NCBI GenBank assembly: GCA_963804165.1
Contig: CAWDPO010000045.1
Span: 224,001-288,000, forward strand
Source of the DNA: an uncultured delta proteobacterium
Lineage (GTDB): Bacteria; Desulfobacterota; Binatia; UBA9968
Reading direction: 5' to 3'
DNA length: 64,000 nucleotides
Shown here: in pieces, positions 1 through 10,742 of the stretch
How the letters are laid out: each line of letters starts with the position of its first letter
Numbering within the stretch: position 1 is the first letter of the stretch
Notes under the pieces: model-generated
What the model was told of the DNA's origin: nothing
The model's input: the letters and a program-made list of their open reading frames with translations, nothing else
Database searches by the model: none
Program-made: the position numbers and the translations under genes

Positions 1-505
1 GTGCCGTCCTGATCTTTGACCAGGAAAGTTGGGACGCCGCGAGAGACGATGCATTTTCCAATTTGGTAAAGACACCTGCTCCAAATCCTTGGCTTGGACA
101 ATGAAGGCGAAATATTCTCCGACCGACGATCGCCGGATCTGGCGAAAACAATCGCCATCGATCACGGATCGTTTAACTGCGATGCTGAAGCGATTACAAT
201 CGCGCCATCGAGTCGGGTACAGGCAATTCGCTATCGCGTACGCACGAACCGGCAAGCCGAAGCTGATGCGGGCGCCTTACTACGGCTTGAGAGTCGTCCC
301 CGGCATCACGTTCACGATGGGTGGAATCTTAGTAAACGGCCGTGCTGAAGCCCTCGATGAATCTGAAAAACCAATTCAAGGTCTTTACGCCGCCGGCGAC
401 GCCATCGGCGGTCTCATGGGCGGCTACCGCGGCGGCTATACCGGTGGTCTCATGCAAGCCGTCGTGACGGGTATTCTCGCGGGAGAAAACGCGGCGCAGG
501 CGTAG
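1..505 (+). CDS. FAD-dependent oxidoreductase (FAD_binding_2, fumarate-reductase/TcuA-like), C-terminal part, frameshifted; runs off the window edge
   Basis: C-terminal motifs PYYGLRVVPGITFTMGG and IQGLYAAGDAIGG; upstream coding sequence switches frame. Confidence 0.75.
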
Positions 506-583
506 GCATAAGAGTCAATCGAAAAAACTGACTTGCCTCCCCCAGGGCATGTCTCTAGCGGAATGATCAAATCAAGACTTCGC

Positions 584-616
584 CTGGATTCCCGCTTAAA
601 GCATGTGGGAATGACG
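584..616. repeat. REP-like half element (ctggattcccgc...gggaatgac family)
   Basis: ctggattcccgcttaaagcatgtgggaatgacg; related copies near 39085-39115 and inside 63746-63848. Confidence 0.55.
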
Positions 617-662
617 GACTTCGGAAAAAACTAAAAGGGACCGCAACAGCGCGAGGTGATCG

Positions 663-1671
663 ATGCTTCGTAGATTGATTTTGCATTGCTTGTTCAGAAC
701 GCTCGCGGCCGCGAGTGTTATTGCGGGCGTATCGGCGGGCGTTACGCCCGCATTCGCCCAAGAGCCAAAAACCAAAATCCGGATCGCCAACTCGGCCATG
801 AGCGTTACCTCGCTGCCGTTGCTCGCGGCGCGTGAATGGAAACTATTTTAGCCGAGCGCGGACTCAAGTTGAAATTATTCTCATGTCGCCGGCGATCACC
901 GTGCCGGCGATGATTTCCGGCGAGATCGATTATTTCGCCGGCGTCGGTCCGGGCGTCGCGAGCGCGAGCTTAAGCGGATTGCCGCTTTCGCGCCGTTTGG
1001 GTTTCGTCCGATAAAGTGTCCTATTCATTGATGGCGAATCCGAAATTCAAAAACTTGCAAGATCTCAAAGGGAAAAAAATCGGCGTGACCGGAAGTTTGG
1101 GCGCTACCAACCACGTCTCGCTGGTCATCGCGCTGGAAAAACTCGGCATGTCGCCAAAGGATTTTAATATTCTGGCGCTACCGCCGCACCGAGATGCTGC
1201 GCTCTCTTGAAAGCGGCTTTCTCGACGCCGCGTCCCTCAACCCACCGACTTTATTCCTCGCGCAGAAGAAAGGGTTTCCCAACATTCTCGATATCGGCTC
1301 GCTCGTCGAGATGCCCGGCGGCGGCTTAACTGTTATGATCAAAGACATCAAAGCCAAGCCCGATGAAGTAAAGCGGGTGATTCGCGCAATGCAATCGGCT
1401 AAAGACGCCATGCGCAAATCCAAAGACAAGAGCGTCGAGCTGATGATCCGGGTGTTAAAAATGGACCAGGAAAGCGCCGCGGGAACCTACGAGGTATTTT
1501 TGAAAACTCTGAGTGTTGACGGCGTTCCCACGCGTGCCGGCATCGAAAATCTGATCGAAGTCGATTCAGGCGCAGGGCCGGTTCGTTGATAAGAAACCGT
1601 CATTCACGGACGTCGCCGACGATCGCTTGGCGAAAGAGGTCGCTAAGGAGTTAGGCTACAAAGTGCAGTAA
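663..1671 (+). CDS. ABC transporter substrate-binding protein (SsuA/THI5/NMT1-like), several frameshifts
   Basis: ORF pieces 663-851, 832-1014, 1016-1210 and 1194-1589 join into a signal peptide plus SBP (DLKGKKIGV...GATNH); ends ...ELGYKVQ-TAA at 1671. Confidence 0.8.
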
Positions 1672-1808
1672 CTGAATTTCCGCCTGACCGGTTAACGAAA
1701 ACTCTCTGGGCAGCTGCTCAAAAATAGTCATATGCGAGGCACGCGACGGTCGATGAGCGGAGGCGTACTCCGGTCGTACGTCCACGCGAAATCGGACGAG
1801 CGCAACGA

Positions 1809-3464
1809 CAGACTGTGTGAAAACTCTTTGAGCTTTCGGCGTATGCGTGGGCGACGATTGAGCGGCTCATTGAATTCGCCTGTCACCTTTAAAACCGCGA
1901 CTCCTCAGCTGAGGATCCCGTCTTCTTAGATAACGGCCTCCATCATTTTCCTTACTCCGAGAATATTCATCACTCGCCTGAGGTTGTATGCCAGTATTGT
2001 CAGACTCGTCTCGGTGCCGACCTTGCTTAATCCCCGCATCAGAAAGTAACCCTGGTTCATCGCCCGTTTGATGGTGCCAAAAGGATGCTCCACGAGACAC
2101 TTGCGTAACTCTGCCTTCTCGGGATGCTCCGTCATTCGCCGGGCCATCGCTTCCAAAATCGCTTCATCGACCCAGCGTGTGATCCGCCGCCTTCCCCTTT
2201 TGTTGATGCTACACTTGGACTTTAACTCACAGCTGTTACAGCCATAGATCTCGTAGGAGTGCACCGCCCGACCCTGCTCCACACTGTCAAAGCGGTAGCT
2301 CAGCTCTTTTCCCGCAGGACACCTGTAGCAGTCCTTTTGTGGCTCATAGATAAAGTCCTCTTTAGTAAACAGTCCGCGCTTAAGGTTCGATGAATTATTG
2401 GGCTTAGGGACGTAAACCGTCATCCCTGACTGCTGGCAGGCTTTCAGTTCTTCCCCGCTGTAGTAACCCCGGTCGGCCACTACCTCTAGACTCTGTACGC
2501 CGAGCGTCTCTTGGGCCTTCTTTGCCATCGTGGACAGTTGCCCTTGGTCGGTGACTTCATTGGTCACCTCGTGCTCCACCACCAACTTGTGCTTGTGATC
2601 CACCACGATCTGCACGTTGTAGCTGACCTCCACCCCGTGCCCTACACGCATCGAGCGGCTCTGCGGATCTGTCAATGATATTTGACTCTCTGCACTGCCT
2701 TCCAGATCAGTCTTTAACTGCTCATACTGCGCTCGGCGCTGCTTGTATTGTTCGATCTTCTCCGTGAGTTGTTCTGAACTCACACCCCGTTGCCCGGCTT
2801 CCTGCTTATCCTGTTGATCCAATTGCTTAAGATACTGATCGATCTTACCGTCGATCTCTTTTATCATCCGCCTAAGCTTTTTTTCTGTGAAGTTGCGCTT
2901 GGGACTATTAACCGCTCCAAATTTGCTGCCGTCGATGGCCACCAACTCGCTCCCAAACAGCTCTAGCCGCTTACACCACAGCGTGAACTCTCGACATACC
3001 TTCTTGATCCCTTGAGCATTATCCTTGCGAAAGTCCGCGATCGTCTTAAAGTCCGGCCTAAGCTTGCGCATCAGCCACATCACCTCCACGTTGCGCCCGG
3101 CTTCGGTTTCTAGCCGCCGACTCGAGCGCGTCCGATTCAGATACCCGTACACATACAGCCGTAAAAGATCTCCTGGATCATACGGCGGCCGTCCCGTATC
3201 CTTCGGGATCGCCTTTTGAAATCCCATCCCCGAAAGGTCCAGTCCTTCGATAAATACATCGATGAACCGAACCGGATTTTCCTCACTGATGTAGTCGTCC
3301 AGCACCTCTGGAAACAACACCGTCTGCTTACGATCTTCTCCCTCAATGTATCCCATCCAACATCTCCCTTGATCTCAACGTTGGATGATTCTACATTCGA
3401 ACGATCCATTTATGAACAATATTCTCTGTCACTATGGTTCTAAACGGAGTTTTCACACAGTCTG
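1809..3464 (-). mobile_element. IS1182-family insertion sequence
   Basis: Perfect 18-bp TIRs cagactgtgtgaaaactc (1809-1826) and gagttttcacacagtctg (3447-3464); 4-bp direct repeat acga on both sides (1805-1808, 3465-3468). Confidence 0.93.
1926..3356 (-). CDS. IS1182-family DDE transposase
   Basis: 476 aa; GRPPYDP..LL.LY.YGY...SSRRLE, PDFKTIADFR, VAIDGSK, VADRGY and VEHPFGTIK motifs. Confidence 0.95.
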   Translation of the reverse strand: MGYIEGEDRKQTVLFPEVLDDYISEENPVRFIDVFIEGLDLSGMGFQKAIPKDTGRPPYDPGDLLRLYVYGYLNRTRSSRRLETEAGRNVEVMWLMRKLRPDFKTIADFRKDNAQGIKKVCREFTLWCKRLELFGSELVAIDGSKFGAVNSPKRNFTEKKLRRMIKEIDGKIDQYLKQLDQQDKQEAGQRGVSSEQLTEKIEQYKQRRAQYEQLKTDLEGSAESQISLTDPQSRSMRVGHGVEVSYNVQIVVDHKHKLVVEHEVTNEVTDQGQLSTMAKKAQETLGVQSLEVVADRGYYSGEELKACQQSGMTVYVPKPNNSSNLKRGLFTKEDFIYEPQKDCYRCPAGKELSYRFDSVEQGRAVHSYEIYGCNSCELKSKCSINKRGRRRITRWVDEAILEAMARRMTEHPEKAELRKCLVEHPFGTIKRAMNQGYFLMRGLSKVGTETSLTILAYNLRRVMNILGVRKMMEAVI

Positions 3465-3495
3465 ACGAAGCAGATGGCCGTTTTTCAGCAGGCAG

Positions 3496-4488
3496 TTAGG
3501 CTTCCGCTTCTTCCCTGTACAGCCCCAGCGCCTCCGTCGACGGCCGGTCATTGATCGAAAACAGGATCGCGTCCTCGCCACTCGTGTTCTCGTGCGAATG
3601 CCACTGCCATGACGGCACCACGAAGATATCCCCCCTGTCCCAGTTGAATTCGTTAGCCGAGACCTTGGTCATCCCCTGCCCGCGGAAGGAGTAATAAACG
3701 GTTGTACTGGTGTGGCGGTGGGTTTTGGTTTTTTCGTGCGGCCGCAGCAGCTGGATCGAGCAGGAACAGGTCGGCAGCGTATGTCCGCCGTCCACGGGGT
3801 TGGTATATTCCAGGAGCACCCCGTCGTAGGGGTCGCCGGCGCTTTCTTTGAGCGCCTGCAAGCTCGCGTTGGTTTCTTCCCAGGGATAACGATAGGGCGG
3901 CGCTTGGAAACTATTCTTGATCCAGGTTGGGCGCGCGTGGCCGAAAACTTTCGATGCGAAGTTATCCGGTCTTTCGATCGGTTGTTGTTCCTTATTAAAA
4001 TTCTCCTGGATCATCGCGCCGAAATGCGTCACTAGACGAACGTCCAAGCCATCGAGCCACACGACCGGCTCGTCGGAACCGTTGAAATGGTCGTGCCAGG
4101 TCCAGTTCGGCGTCGTGATGAAATCGCCTTCGAACATCGGGAACCGTTCGCCCTCGACGATCGTGTAGGCATTGGGCGTGCCTTTGACGATAAAGCGGAT
4201 CGCCGCCGCGGTGTGGCGGTGCGCCGCTGCAACCTCACCCGGCTTCACGAGCTGCACGGAAATATGCACCGTATTGGTCATGCCCGCGGCGAGCCCGGGA
4301 TTTCTCATCTGGATCGTCCGCCGCCCCGCCTCGCCCGTGGTGATCAACTCGCCGGACCAGTTGAGCGCCTGCATGATCTCGTCACCCTTCCACAAAAAGG
4401 GCTTCACAGTCTGTGACCAATCCGAATGCTCCCAGTGGCCTTTTAAGTTCCTGTCCTTCATCCACTGACTGAGTTCTTGCAAATCCAT
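3496..4488 (-). CDS. Bicupin dioxygenase, gentisate 1,2-dioxygenase-like
   Basis: Two cupin motifs HRHTAAAIRF...PNWTWHDH and HRHTSTTVY...PSWQWHSH. Confidence 0.85.
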   Translation of the reverse strand: MDLQELSQWMKDRNLKGHWEHSDWSQTVKPFLWKGDEIMQALNWSGELITTGEAGRRTIQMRNPGLAAGMTNTVHISVQLVKPGEVAAAHRHTAAAIRFIVKGTPNAYTIVEGERFPMFEGDFITTPNWTWHDHFNGSDEPVVWLDGLDVRLVTHFGAMIQENFNKEQQPIERPDNFASKVFGHARPTWIKNSFQAPPYRYPWEETNASLQALKESAGDPYDGVLLEYTNPVDGGHTLPTCSCSIQLLRPHEKTKTHRHTSTTVYYSFRGQGMTKVSANEFNWDRGDIFVVPSWQWHSHENTSGEDAILFSINDRPSTEALGLYREEAEA

Positions 4489-4636
4489 AGATTCCTCCCG
4501 TGCATCAAAAGCGCCCGCCGAGACTTCTCAATACAAACGACGCAGAAGCCTGTCAAGCCAAACGCGGCGTTCGACTAATTTGAAGCTCCGGAAATTTGGC
4601 GGCGCTGGCGAACTGGGAGCGCGAGGAAAGGGGCAA

Positions 4637-5041
4637 TTACTGGCGCGATCTGAATCGGTTCAAGCGTCCGAATGTGGAGACCGATCGGCGTGCGATCCGC
4701 CAAATCTGAGAAAGATAGCGGCCGTGACGGGGCGGATGGATTGAGGGGGCTACATTGAGCTCTTCTACCGCCCGATCGATGATCGACTTGGCGGCGACCA
4801 AGGCCCAACTGTCGGCATCGACCTGGTTTGGAAAAGTAAGTTGCTCGGCGGCAAAACAATGGGCAAAGCTCTGCACCCATAACTTTCGGTGCCCCCGGTC
4901 AGTGCGGAGCCAAACACAAGCCTCAGGAAGCCAGGCCTGCTGGCAGACCTCGTACGAAGCTGCTCTTATGCCGCAGCCCCGATGTTCCAATGTCTGACTG
5001 ATTAGGTTCTCGTCAAAATCCAACAGACTGCTCCATGCCAA
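4637..5041 (-). CDS. Hypothetical protein
   Basis: 134-aa ATG ORF filling the gap between genes; no recognised motif. Confidence 0.35.
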   Translation of the reverse strand: MAWSSLLDFDENLISQTLEHRGCGIRAASYEVCQQAWLPEACVWLRTDRGHRKLWVQSFAHCFAAEQLTFPNQVDADSWALVAAKSIIDRAVEELNVAPSIHPPRHGRYLSQIWRIARRSVSTFGRLNRFRSRQ

Positions 5042-5233
5042 ATAAATGAAATTTCAGTGTCGGTAACACCTATTGCGCAAAGGATATACCAATGGCCGCT
5101 TTGGCAATTCCTAGGATTTGAGTGTAAGACTTCGCCAAACGACCAGCAAAATTGCACCCGACCGGGCGCCCACCGTGCAATTTTTATCAACCGTTGTACG
5201 GCTTGGTTTGACAGGGTTGCCCAATCGTGAAAA

Positions 5234-6493
5234 GTGAAGCGATCGATGAAACTTCTACCCGTCAGTTGTGACTTATGGTCGCGTCCGCTCTTTGTTGCGT
5301 TTCTCGGGGTTTTCTTACTGTCGGGCTGCCTAATCGACCCAATTGGTGGCGCTTTCTCGAAACAGCCCGAAGAACTCGAAGGTGGAGCATCGCAGGCGAC
5401 GCGCAAGCTCATCGATCAGGCCTTCGAAGGCATCGATCCCGCCCGGCTCGTCGACTTTCACACCCATATGCTCGCTATCGGCACGAGCGCCGCAGACGCC
5501 TTCGTCAATCCGAAGATGCGCGACGGGATAAATCTCCAACGATTGAAGTTTCTGATCTATGTCAGCGGCGCCGGCGTCAGGAATATCGAGAATGCCGATC
5601 AGGAATACGTCGAGCGCCTGCTGCGTTTAACCCGCGGCATCAAACGGCACGGCAAGTACCGCATCCTGGCCTTCGACCAACATTACAATGCCGACGGTAC
5701 GGTGGATCTCAAGAAGACCAACATGTACGTGCCCAACCGATATGTCGTCGAACTCGCGGGAAAAAACCCCGATGTTTTTACACCGATCGTTTCGGTCCAT
5801 CCCTACCGCCACGATGCGTTGGAGGAACTCGAAACTTGGGCGAAGGCCGGCGTCAAGCACGTCAAGTGGCTTCCCAATGCGATGGGTATGGACCCGTCAA
5901 ATAAATTGATCGAACCGTTCTATCGCAAGATGAAAGAGCACGACATGATCCTCCTGTCCCACGCCGGTGAGGAGCAGGCGGTGGAAGCCGAGGAGGATCA
6001 AAAGCTCGGCAACCCGCTGCTTTTACGCCAACCGTTGAATCTGGGCCTGCGCGTGATCATCGCCCACGCCGCTAGTCTGGGCAGTTGCGATGACCTCGAC
6101 AACCGCACGGCAACGAAAGTGGAATGCTTTGATCTCTTTTTACGGATGATGGACGAACCTAAACATGTCGGTCTGCTGTTCGGGGAAATCTCCGCGATGC
6201 TCCAGTTCAATCGCATGCCGGTTCCCTTCGCCACTCTTCTGAAGCGCCAGGATTTGCATTCTCGCCTCGTTAACGGCAGCGACTATCCGCTGCCAGCGAT
6301 CAATTCTTTGATCTGGACTCGATCACTAGCACGCAGCGGCTTCATCACCGCCGAAGAGCGCCAATCGCTCAACGAAATCTACGACTACAACCCGCTGCTC
6401 TTTGATTTTGTGGTGAAGCGCACGATGCGCCATACGGAGACAAAGCAGAAACTCGCCGCATCGGTGTTTATGGAGAACCCGGGGCTGGAATGA
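5234..6493 (+). CDS. Amidohydrolase-2 family protein, predicted lipoprotein
   Basis: DFHTH metal motif, HAG, IIAHAA, NGSDYP; lipobox LLSGC. Confidence 0.85.
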   Translation: MKRSMKLLPVSCDLWSRPLFVAFLGVFLLSGCLIDPIGGAFSKQPEELEGGASQATRKLIDQAFEGIDPARLVDFHTHMLAIGTSAADAFVNPKMRDGINLQRLKFLIYVSGAGVRNIENADQEYVERLLRLTRGIKRHGKYRILAFDQHYNADGTVDLKKTNMYVPNRYVVELAGKNPDVFTPIVSVHPYRHDALEELETWAKAGVKHVKWLPNAMGMDPSNKLIEPFYRKMKEHDMILLSHAGEEQAVEAEEDQKLGNPLLLRQPLNLGLRVIIAHAASLGSCDDLDNRTATKVECFDLFLRMMDEPKHVGLLFGEISAMLQFNRMPVPFATLLKRQDLHSRLVNGSDYPLPAINSLIWTRSLARSGFITAEERQSLNEIYDYNPLLFDFVVKRTMRHTETKQKLAASVFMENPGLE

Positions 6494-6504
6494 GATGTAA
6501 GAAT

Positions 6505-6564
6505 TGGAATGTTGGAGTAATGGAGTGGTGGAGTGATGGGCGATCGGAAAACCCAATACTCCAA
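6505..6564. repeat. 8-bp periodic intergenic repeat (tggagtNN)n with inverted arm, copy 1
   Basis: tggaatgt tggagtaa tggagtgg tggagtga tggg...cccaatactccaa. Confidence 0.75.
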
Positions 6565-6649
6565 TCTTGCCGCCTCATGCTCGGTCAATTCGTCGCATCC
6601 ACCCACAGTGACTCATTTTCAATATGAAGGCGGAATGATTGCGACACCG

Positions 6650-7006
6650 TCAGACTTTTGCGGGGAGCAGGCGCTGAATGGTTGCGGTTAAAATCTCTGG
6701 ATCTATGGGTTTCTGAATAAACTCGGCGGAACCCTCCAAAATAATTTTTGCCGCGCTGTCGGAGAGATAACCTGAGATTACTATTATCGGTATGTTAGGC
6801 GCTTTGGAGTGAATTAGGTCAACTAGATTGAGGCCGTGTAGCCTCGGGAGGACAAGATCTGCAATCACAAGATCGAAGGCTCCCTCGGCAAATAGCTCCA
6901 GTGCTTCGGCCCCGTCTTTGGCTTCGGCGACCTGGTAACCGATGGTGCGTAGTAGCTCGGAATATGCGCGGCGGCTCAGGGCGTCGTCTTCAACGAAAAG
7001 TATCAT
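6650..7006 (-). CDS. Single-domain response regulator (REC)
   Basis: ILFVEDD, DLVIADLVLPRLHG (phospho-acceptor Asp), IIVISG, FIQKP. Confidence 0.9.
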   Translation of the reverse strand: MILFVEDDALSRRAYSELLRTIGYQVAEAKDGAEALELFAEGAFDLVIADLVLPRLHGLNLVDLIHSKAPNIPIIVISGYLSDSAAKIILEGSAEFIQKPIDPEILTATIQRLLPAKV

Positions 7007-7099
7007 TTTCCGTCACACATCCATCTGCACGCTTTTCTCAATCTGAGTAGCTTGTTTCGCGTTCCGAGGCAAGACGGGACTGGAAAACTGAAAACAGAC

Positions 7100-7175
7100 T
7101 GGAGTATTGGAGTAATGCAGTGGTGGAGTGATGGGCGGTCGAAAAACCCAATACTTCCAGTACTCCATCATCCAA
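7100..7175. repeat. 8-bp periodic intergenic repeat (tggagtNN)n with inverted arm, copy 2
   Basis: tggagtat tggagtaa tgcagtgg tggagtga tggg...cccaatacttccagtactccatcatcca. Confidence 0.75.
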
Positions 7176-7184
7176 CCCTTCCCC

Positions 7185-7544
7185 TCATCCCTTCACGCAC
7201 ACCACCTGTCTCAGCGTGTGGACGATCTCGATTAAATCTTTCTGCGCGTTCATGACATCTTCGATGGGTTTGTAAGCCATCGGCGTCTCATCGATCACAT
7301 CCTTGTCCTTGCGGCACTCGACGCCGGCGGTGGCCTTGATGTGATCGTCGATGCTGAAGCGCCGCTTCGCTTCGTTGCGCGACATCGCCCTGCCCGCGCC
7401 GTGGCTACACCAGTGGAAACTCTCATCGTTCCCCAGCCCGCGCACGATATACGAGCGCGCGCCCATGCTACCGGGGATGATGCCCATGTCACCCTTGCCG
7501 GCGCGCACGGCGCCTTTGCGCGTGACAAAGACTTGGTGACCATA
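7185..7544 (-). pseudogene. rtcB: RNA ligase RtcB, C-terminal fragment only
   Basis: [15 protein letters not shown]...IIPGSMG...SHGAGR...DETPMAYK...VCVKG; the N-terminal two-thirds are absent. Confidence 0.88.
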
Positions 7545-7546
7545 GC

Positions 7547-8695
7547 ATCGGCGACGCTGATAGCCGCTCTAAAGACGTGCTCGGTCGTATCTATGAATAT
7601 TTTCTCTCGCAGTTCGCCAGCGCGGAGGGCAAGAAAGGCGGCGAGTTCTACACGCCGCGCAGCGTCGTCAAGTTATTGGTTGAGATGATCGAACCGTACA
7701 ACGGGCGCGTCTATGACCCTTGCTGCGGTTCATCCGGCATGTTCGTGCAGTCAATCGAGTTCATCCACGCTCACAAGAGCGGTAATGGAAATGGCGGGAA
7801 AGCTAAGAGCGACATCAGCATCTACGGCCAAGAAAGCAATTACACGACCTGGCGCCTCGCAAAAATGAATCTCGCTTTGCGCGGCATCGACGGCCAGATC
7901 GGCCACGGCGACTCGTTTCACAATGATCGTCATCCCGATCTCAAAGCCGACTTCATCCTCGCCAATCCGCCGTTCAATATCTCCGACTGGGGCGGCGACC
8001 GTCTACGCGACGACAAACGCTGGCAGTTCGGCAAACCACCCGTCGGCAATGCCAACTTCGCTTGGGTGCAGCACATCATCTACCATCTGGCTCCGACTGG
8101 CATCGCCGGCTTCGTTCTCGCCAACGGCTCCATGTCGTCGAACCAATCCGGCGAAGGCGAAATCCGCAAGAACATTATCGAAGCCGACCTTGTCGATTGT
8201 ATGATCGCTCTCCCCGGCCAGCTCTTTTACTCGACGCAAATCCCCGCGTGCTTGTGGTTCTTGGCCCGCGACAAGAAAAATTACAAATACCGCGACCGTC
8301 GCGGCCAGGTCCTATTTATCGATGCCCGGAAGCTCGGCCAACTCGTCGATCGTACGCATCGCGAACTCACCGACGCGGAGGTTTGTCGAATCGCCGGGAT
8401 GTATCACCTTTGGCGGGGAGAAAAATCCGTTCGTCCTGAGCACGTCGAAGGACGTACAGCTTATGAAGACATCGCCGGCTTCTGCAAATCTGCTACACTC
8501 GACGACGTCTGCAAACACGGGCATGTCCTCACACCCGGTCGGTACGTTGGCTCGGAGGCCGCCGAGGACGATGGCGAAGCATTTGAGGACAAGATGAAGC
8601 GGCTCACTACGACCCTGCGCGAGCAGCAGGCCGAGGCTGCGGAGTTGGACGTCGCCATTGCCGCCAACCTGAACGAGCTTGGGTATGACAAGTAA
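7547..8695 (+). pseudogene. hsdM: Type I restriction-modification methyltransferase, N-terminally truncated
   Basis: [45 protein letters not shown]; HsdM N-terminal domain and native start are missing. Confidence 0.9.
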
Positions 8696-9938
8696 CGACC
8701 ATCGAACAACGGTTGGTGATTACGTTACCCTCGTTCGTGGCACAACCTACAAAGGCTCACTCGTTGGCGAACCGGGCCCGGCGCTTCTTGGGCTTGGCTC
8801 GATTGAGCCGGGAGGTGGCTTCCGGATTGGGCACTACAAGACATACGGTGGCGACTGCCCGCGCGAGTTGATGCTGTTCCCAGGCGATATATATGCATCA
8901 CTCAAGGGCGCGACCAAAGACGGCAAGATGATCGGCTCTGTTGCTCGAGTTCCACCATCTGTGTCAATGGGTCGCCTTACGCAAGACACCGTGAAGCTCG
9001 TGTTTCGGAATCCTAATCCAAAGGACGCAAGCTATCTATACTGGATCCTGCGCACCCCTCAGTACAGAGAGTATTGCGCTGGGCATTCAATGGGCAGTGC
9101 AGTTGTCGCGCTTAGTCGGCGCGACTTCCTTGCGTATCCCGTCCCGCCGGTAACGACCGAGCGCAGGATGGCTGTCGTCCTGCTTGATGCGATTGAGGAA
9201 AGGATCGAAGTGAACCGGCGGATGAACGAGACGCTGGAGGCAACGGCGCGCGCGATCTTCAAGTCATGGTTCGTGGACTTCGACCCCGTCCGCGCCAAGG
9301 CCGAAGGCCGCGACCTTGGCCTACCCAAACACATCGCCGATCTCTTTCCGGACAGTTTGGAGGACTCGGAGCTTGCTGAGATTCCCGCAGGGTGGGAAGT
9401 GAGGTCACTCGGGGATTTACTCGAACTCCATTACGGCAAGGCACTGAAGGAAGAAAACCGGGTAGCTGGAAGGATTCCGGTATTTGGCTCGAACGGTCAA
9501 GTCGGCTGGCATGACGAGAAGATGGCTCATGGGCCAGGCATCATCGTTGGACGTAAAGGAAACCCAGGAATCATTACATGGGCCCCTACAGAATTCTTTG
9601 CTATCGACACAACCTTTTATGTAGTGACGAAGCCGGGCTGTAAAAGTGTTTACTTCCTCTTCTACGCCCTCAAGACACACGACCTCGCGGCATTAGGAGC
9701 CGACTCAGCGGTGCCTGGACTGAATCGCAATATGGTTTATATGAGCAAGCAGGTTGCGCCGCCCGAAGCGCTTCTCACGAAGTTTGATTCGTTCATTCAA
9801 CCGCTCTTCCAACGGATTGACAAAGCGAGCAACGAATCACGCACTCTCGTTGCGATACGGGATATAGTGCTGCCCAAGCTCATCTCTGGCGAGCTGCGGT
9901 TGAAAGACGCTGAGCGATTCATCGAAAAGGTCAACTGA
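8685..9938 (+). CDS. hsdS: Type I restriction-modification specificity subunit
   Basis: Two TRD-like regions joined by [21 protein letters not shown]; C-terminal [12 protein letters not shown]; overlaps the hsdM stop. Confidence 0.92.
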   Translation: MTSNDHRTTVGDYVTLVRGTTYKGSLVGEPGPALLGLGSIEPGGGFRIGHYKTYGGDCPRELMLFPGDIYASLKGATKDGKMIGSVARVPPSVSMGRLTQDTVKLVFRNPNPKDASYLYWILRTPQYREYCAGHSMGSAVVALSRRDFLAYPVPPVTTERRMAVVLLDAIEERIEVNRRMNETLEATARAIFKSWFVDFDPVRAKAEGRDLGLPKHIADLFPDSLEDSELAEIPAGWEVRSLGDLLELHYGKALKEENRVAGRIPVFGSNGQVGWHDEKMAHGPGIIVGRKGNPGIITWAPTEFFAIDTTFYVVTKPGCKSVYFLFYALKTHDLAALGADSAVPGLNRNMVYMSKQVAPPEALLTKFDSFIQPLFQRIDKASNESRTLVAIRDIVLPKLISGELRLKDAERFIEKVN

Positions 9939-10609
9939 TGGCGGAGGCGATCATTGCTTCCTTCGTGATGCACGGTGCTCGCGACGCCATCGCGGCCGGA
10001 CTCATGCACATTGAGGAGCAGGTAAAGGCGATCGAGCGTGCTGTGGTCGAGAATCCGGCACTTGCGTTTGATCTCGCCAGAACACTGGTCGAGAGTGTAT
10101 GCCGGACGGTGCTCAGTGAACGCGCGATTGCTTACACCGAAGACGATGACTTACCGAAGTTGTTCAGAATGATCTCCCGATCCGTGCCTTTTCTTCCCGC
10201 GACGGCCAGCAGGGAAGCGGGGACTCGGGAGAGTCTTGCTCGAACACTTGGTGGCCTGAGTGCCGCGATTCAGGGGGTCTGCGAACTGCGTAATCAATGT
10301 GGATTCGCATCGCTTGGGTCGGACAATCCGCGTCCGGCAATGGAATCGGTACAGGCGCTATTGGCGGCCGAGACGGCTGACACTATTGTCGGTTTCATCC
10401 ACCGTGTGCATCGACAGGACCGGAAGCCCCCGCCGTCGCGGAGTGCGACGTACGAGGACAACGCCGCCTTCAATGAATCGGTTGATGAGTCCCACGGCAT
10501 AATCCGCATCTTCGACTCTGAATTTCGCCCGAGCGAAGTGTTGTTCCAGATGGAGCCAGAGAGCTATCGCGTGTATCTCGCCGAGTTCGATGACGAGAGC
10601 TCGGAATGA
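9938..10609 (+). CDS. Abortive infection family protein (Abi_C-like, HEPN-type)
   Basis: NPALAFDLARTLVESVCRTVL, DDLPKLF, ELRNQCGFASLG; translationally coupled to hsdS (TGATG). Confidence 0.75.
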   Translation: MAEAIIASFVMHGARDAIAAGLMHIEEQVKAIERAVVENPALAFDLARTLVESVCRTVLSERAIAYTEDDDLPKLFRMISRSVPFLPATASREAGTRESLARTLGGLSAAIQGVCELRNQCGFASLGSDNPRPAMESVQALLAAETADTIVGFIHRVHRQDRKPPPSRSATYEDNAAFNESVDESHGIIRIFDSEFRPSEVLFQMEPESYRVYLAEFDDESSE

Positions 10610-10742
10610 GGAACAGCGACCGAGGGAGACTGACGCGAATAAATTGCGAAACGGCGCGGTAGCTACTGAAGAATCATCGGTGGTTCGAGACGAAACAGGC
10701 TCGACGATAAAGGCACGAGTAAAGACCAAGCAAGATCGTGAT

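Larger units (their letters stand above)
1713..3492. repeat. Small palindromic element (MITE/REP-like), split by the IS insertion
   Basis: Left end gctgctcaaaaatagtcatatgc (1713) is an imperfect inverted repeat of right end gcagatggccgtttttcagcaggc (to 3492); removing the IS rejoins ...gagcgcaacga|agcagatggcc... Confidence 0.6.
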
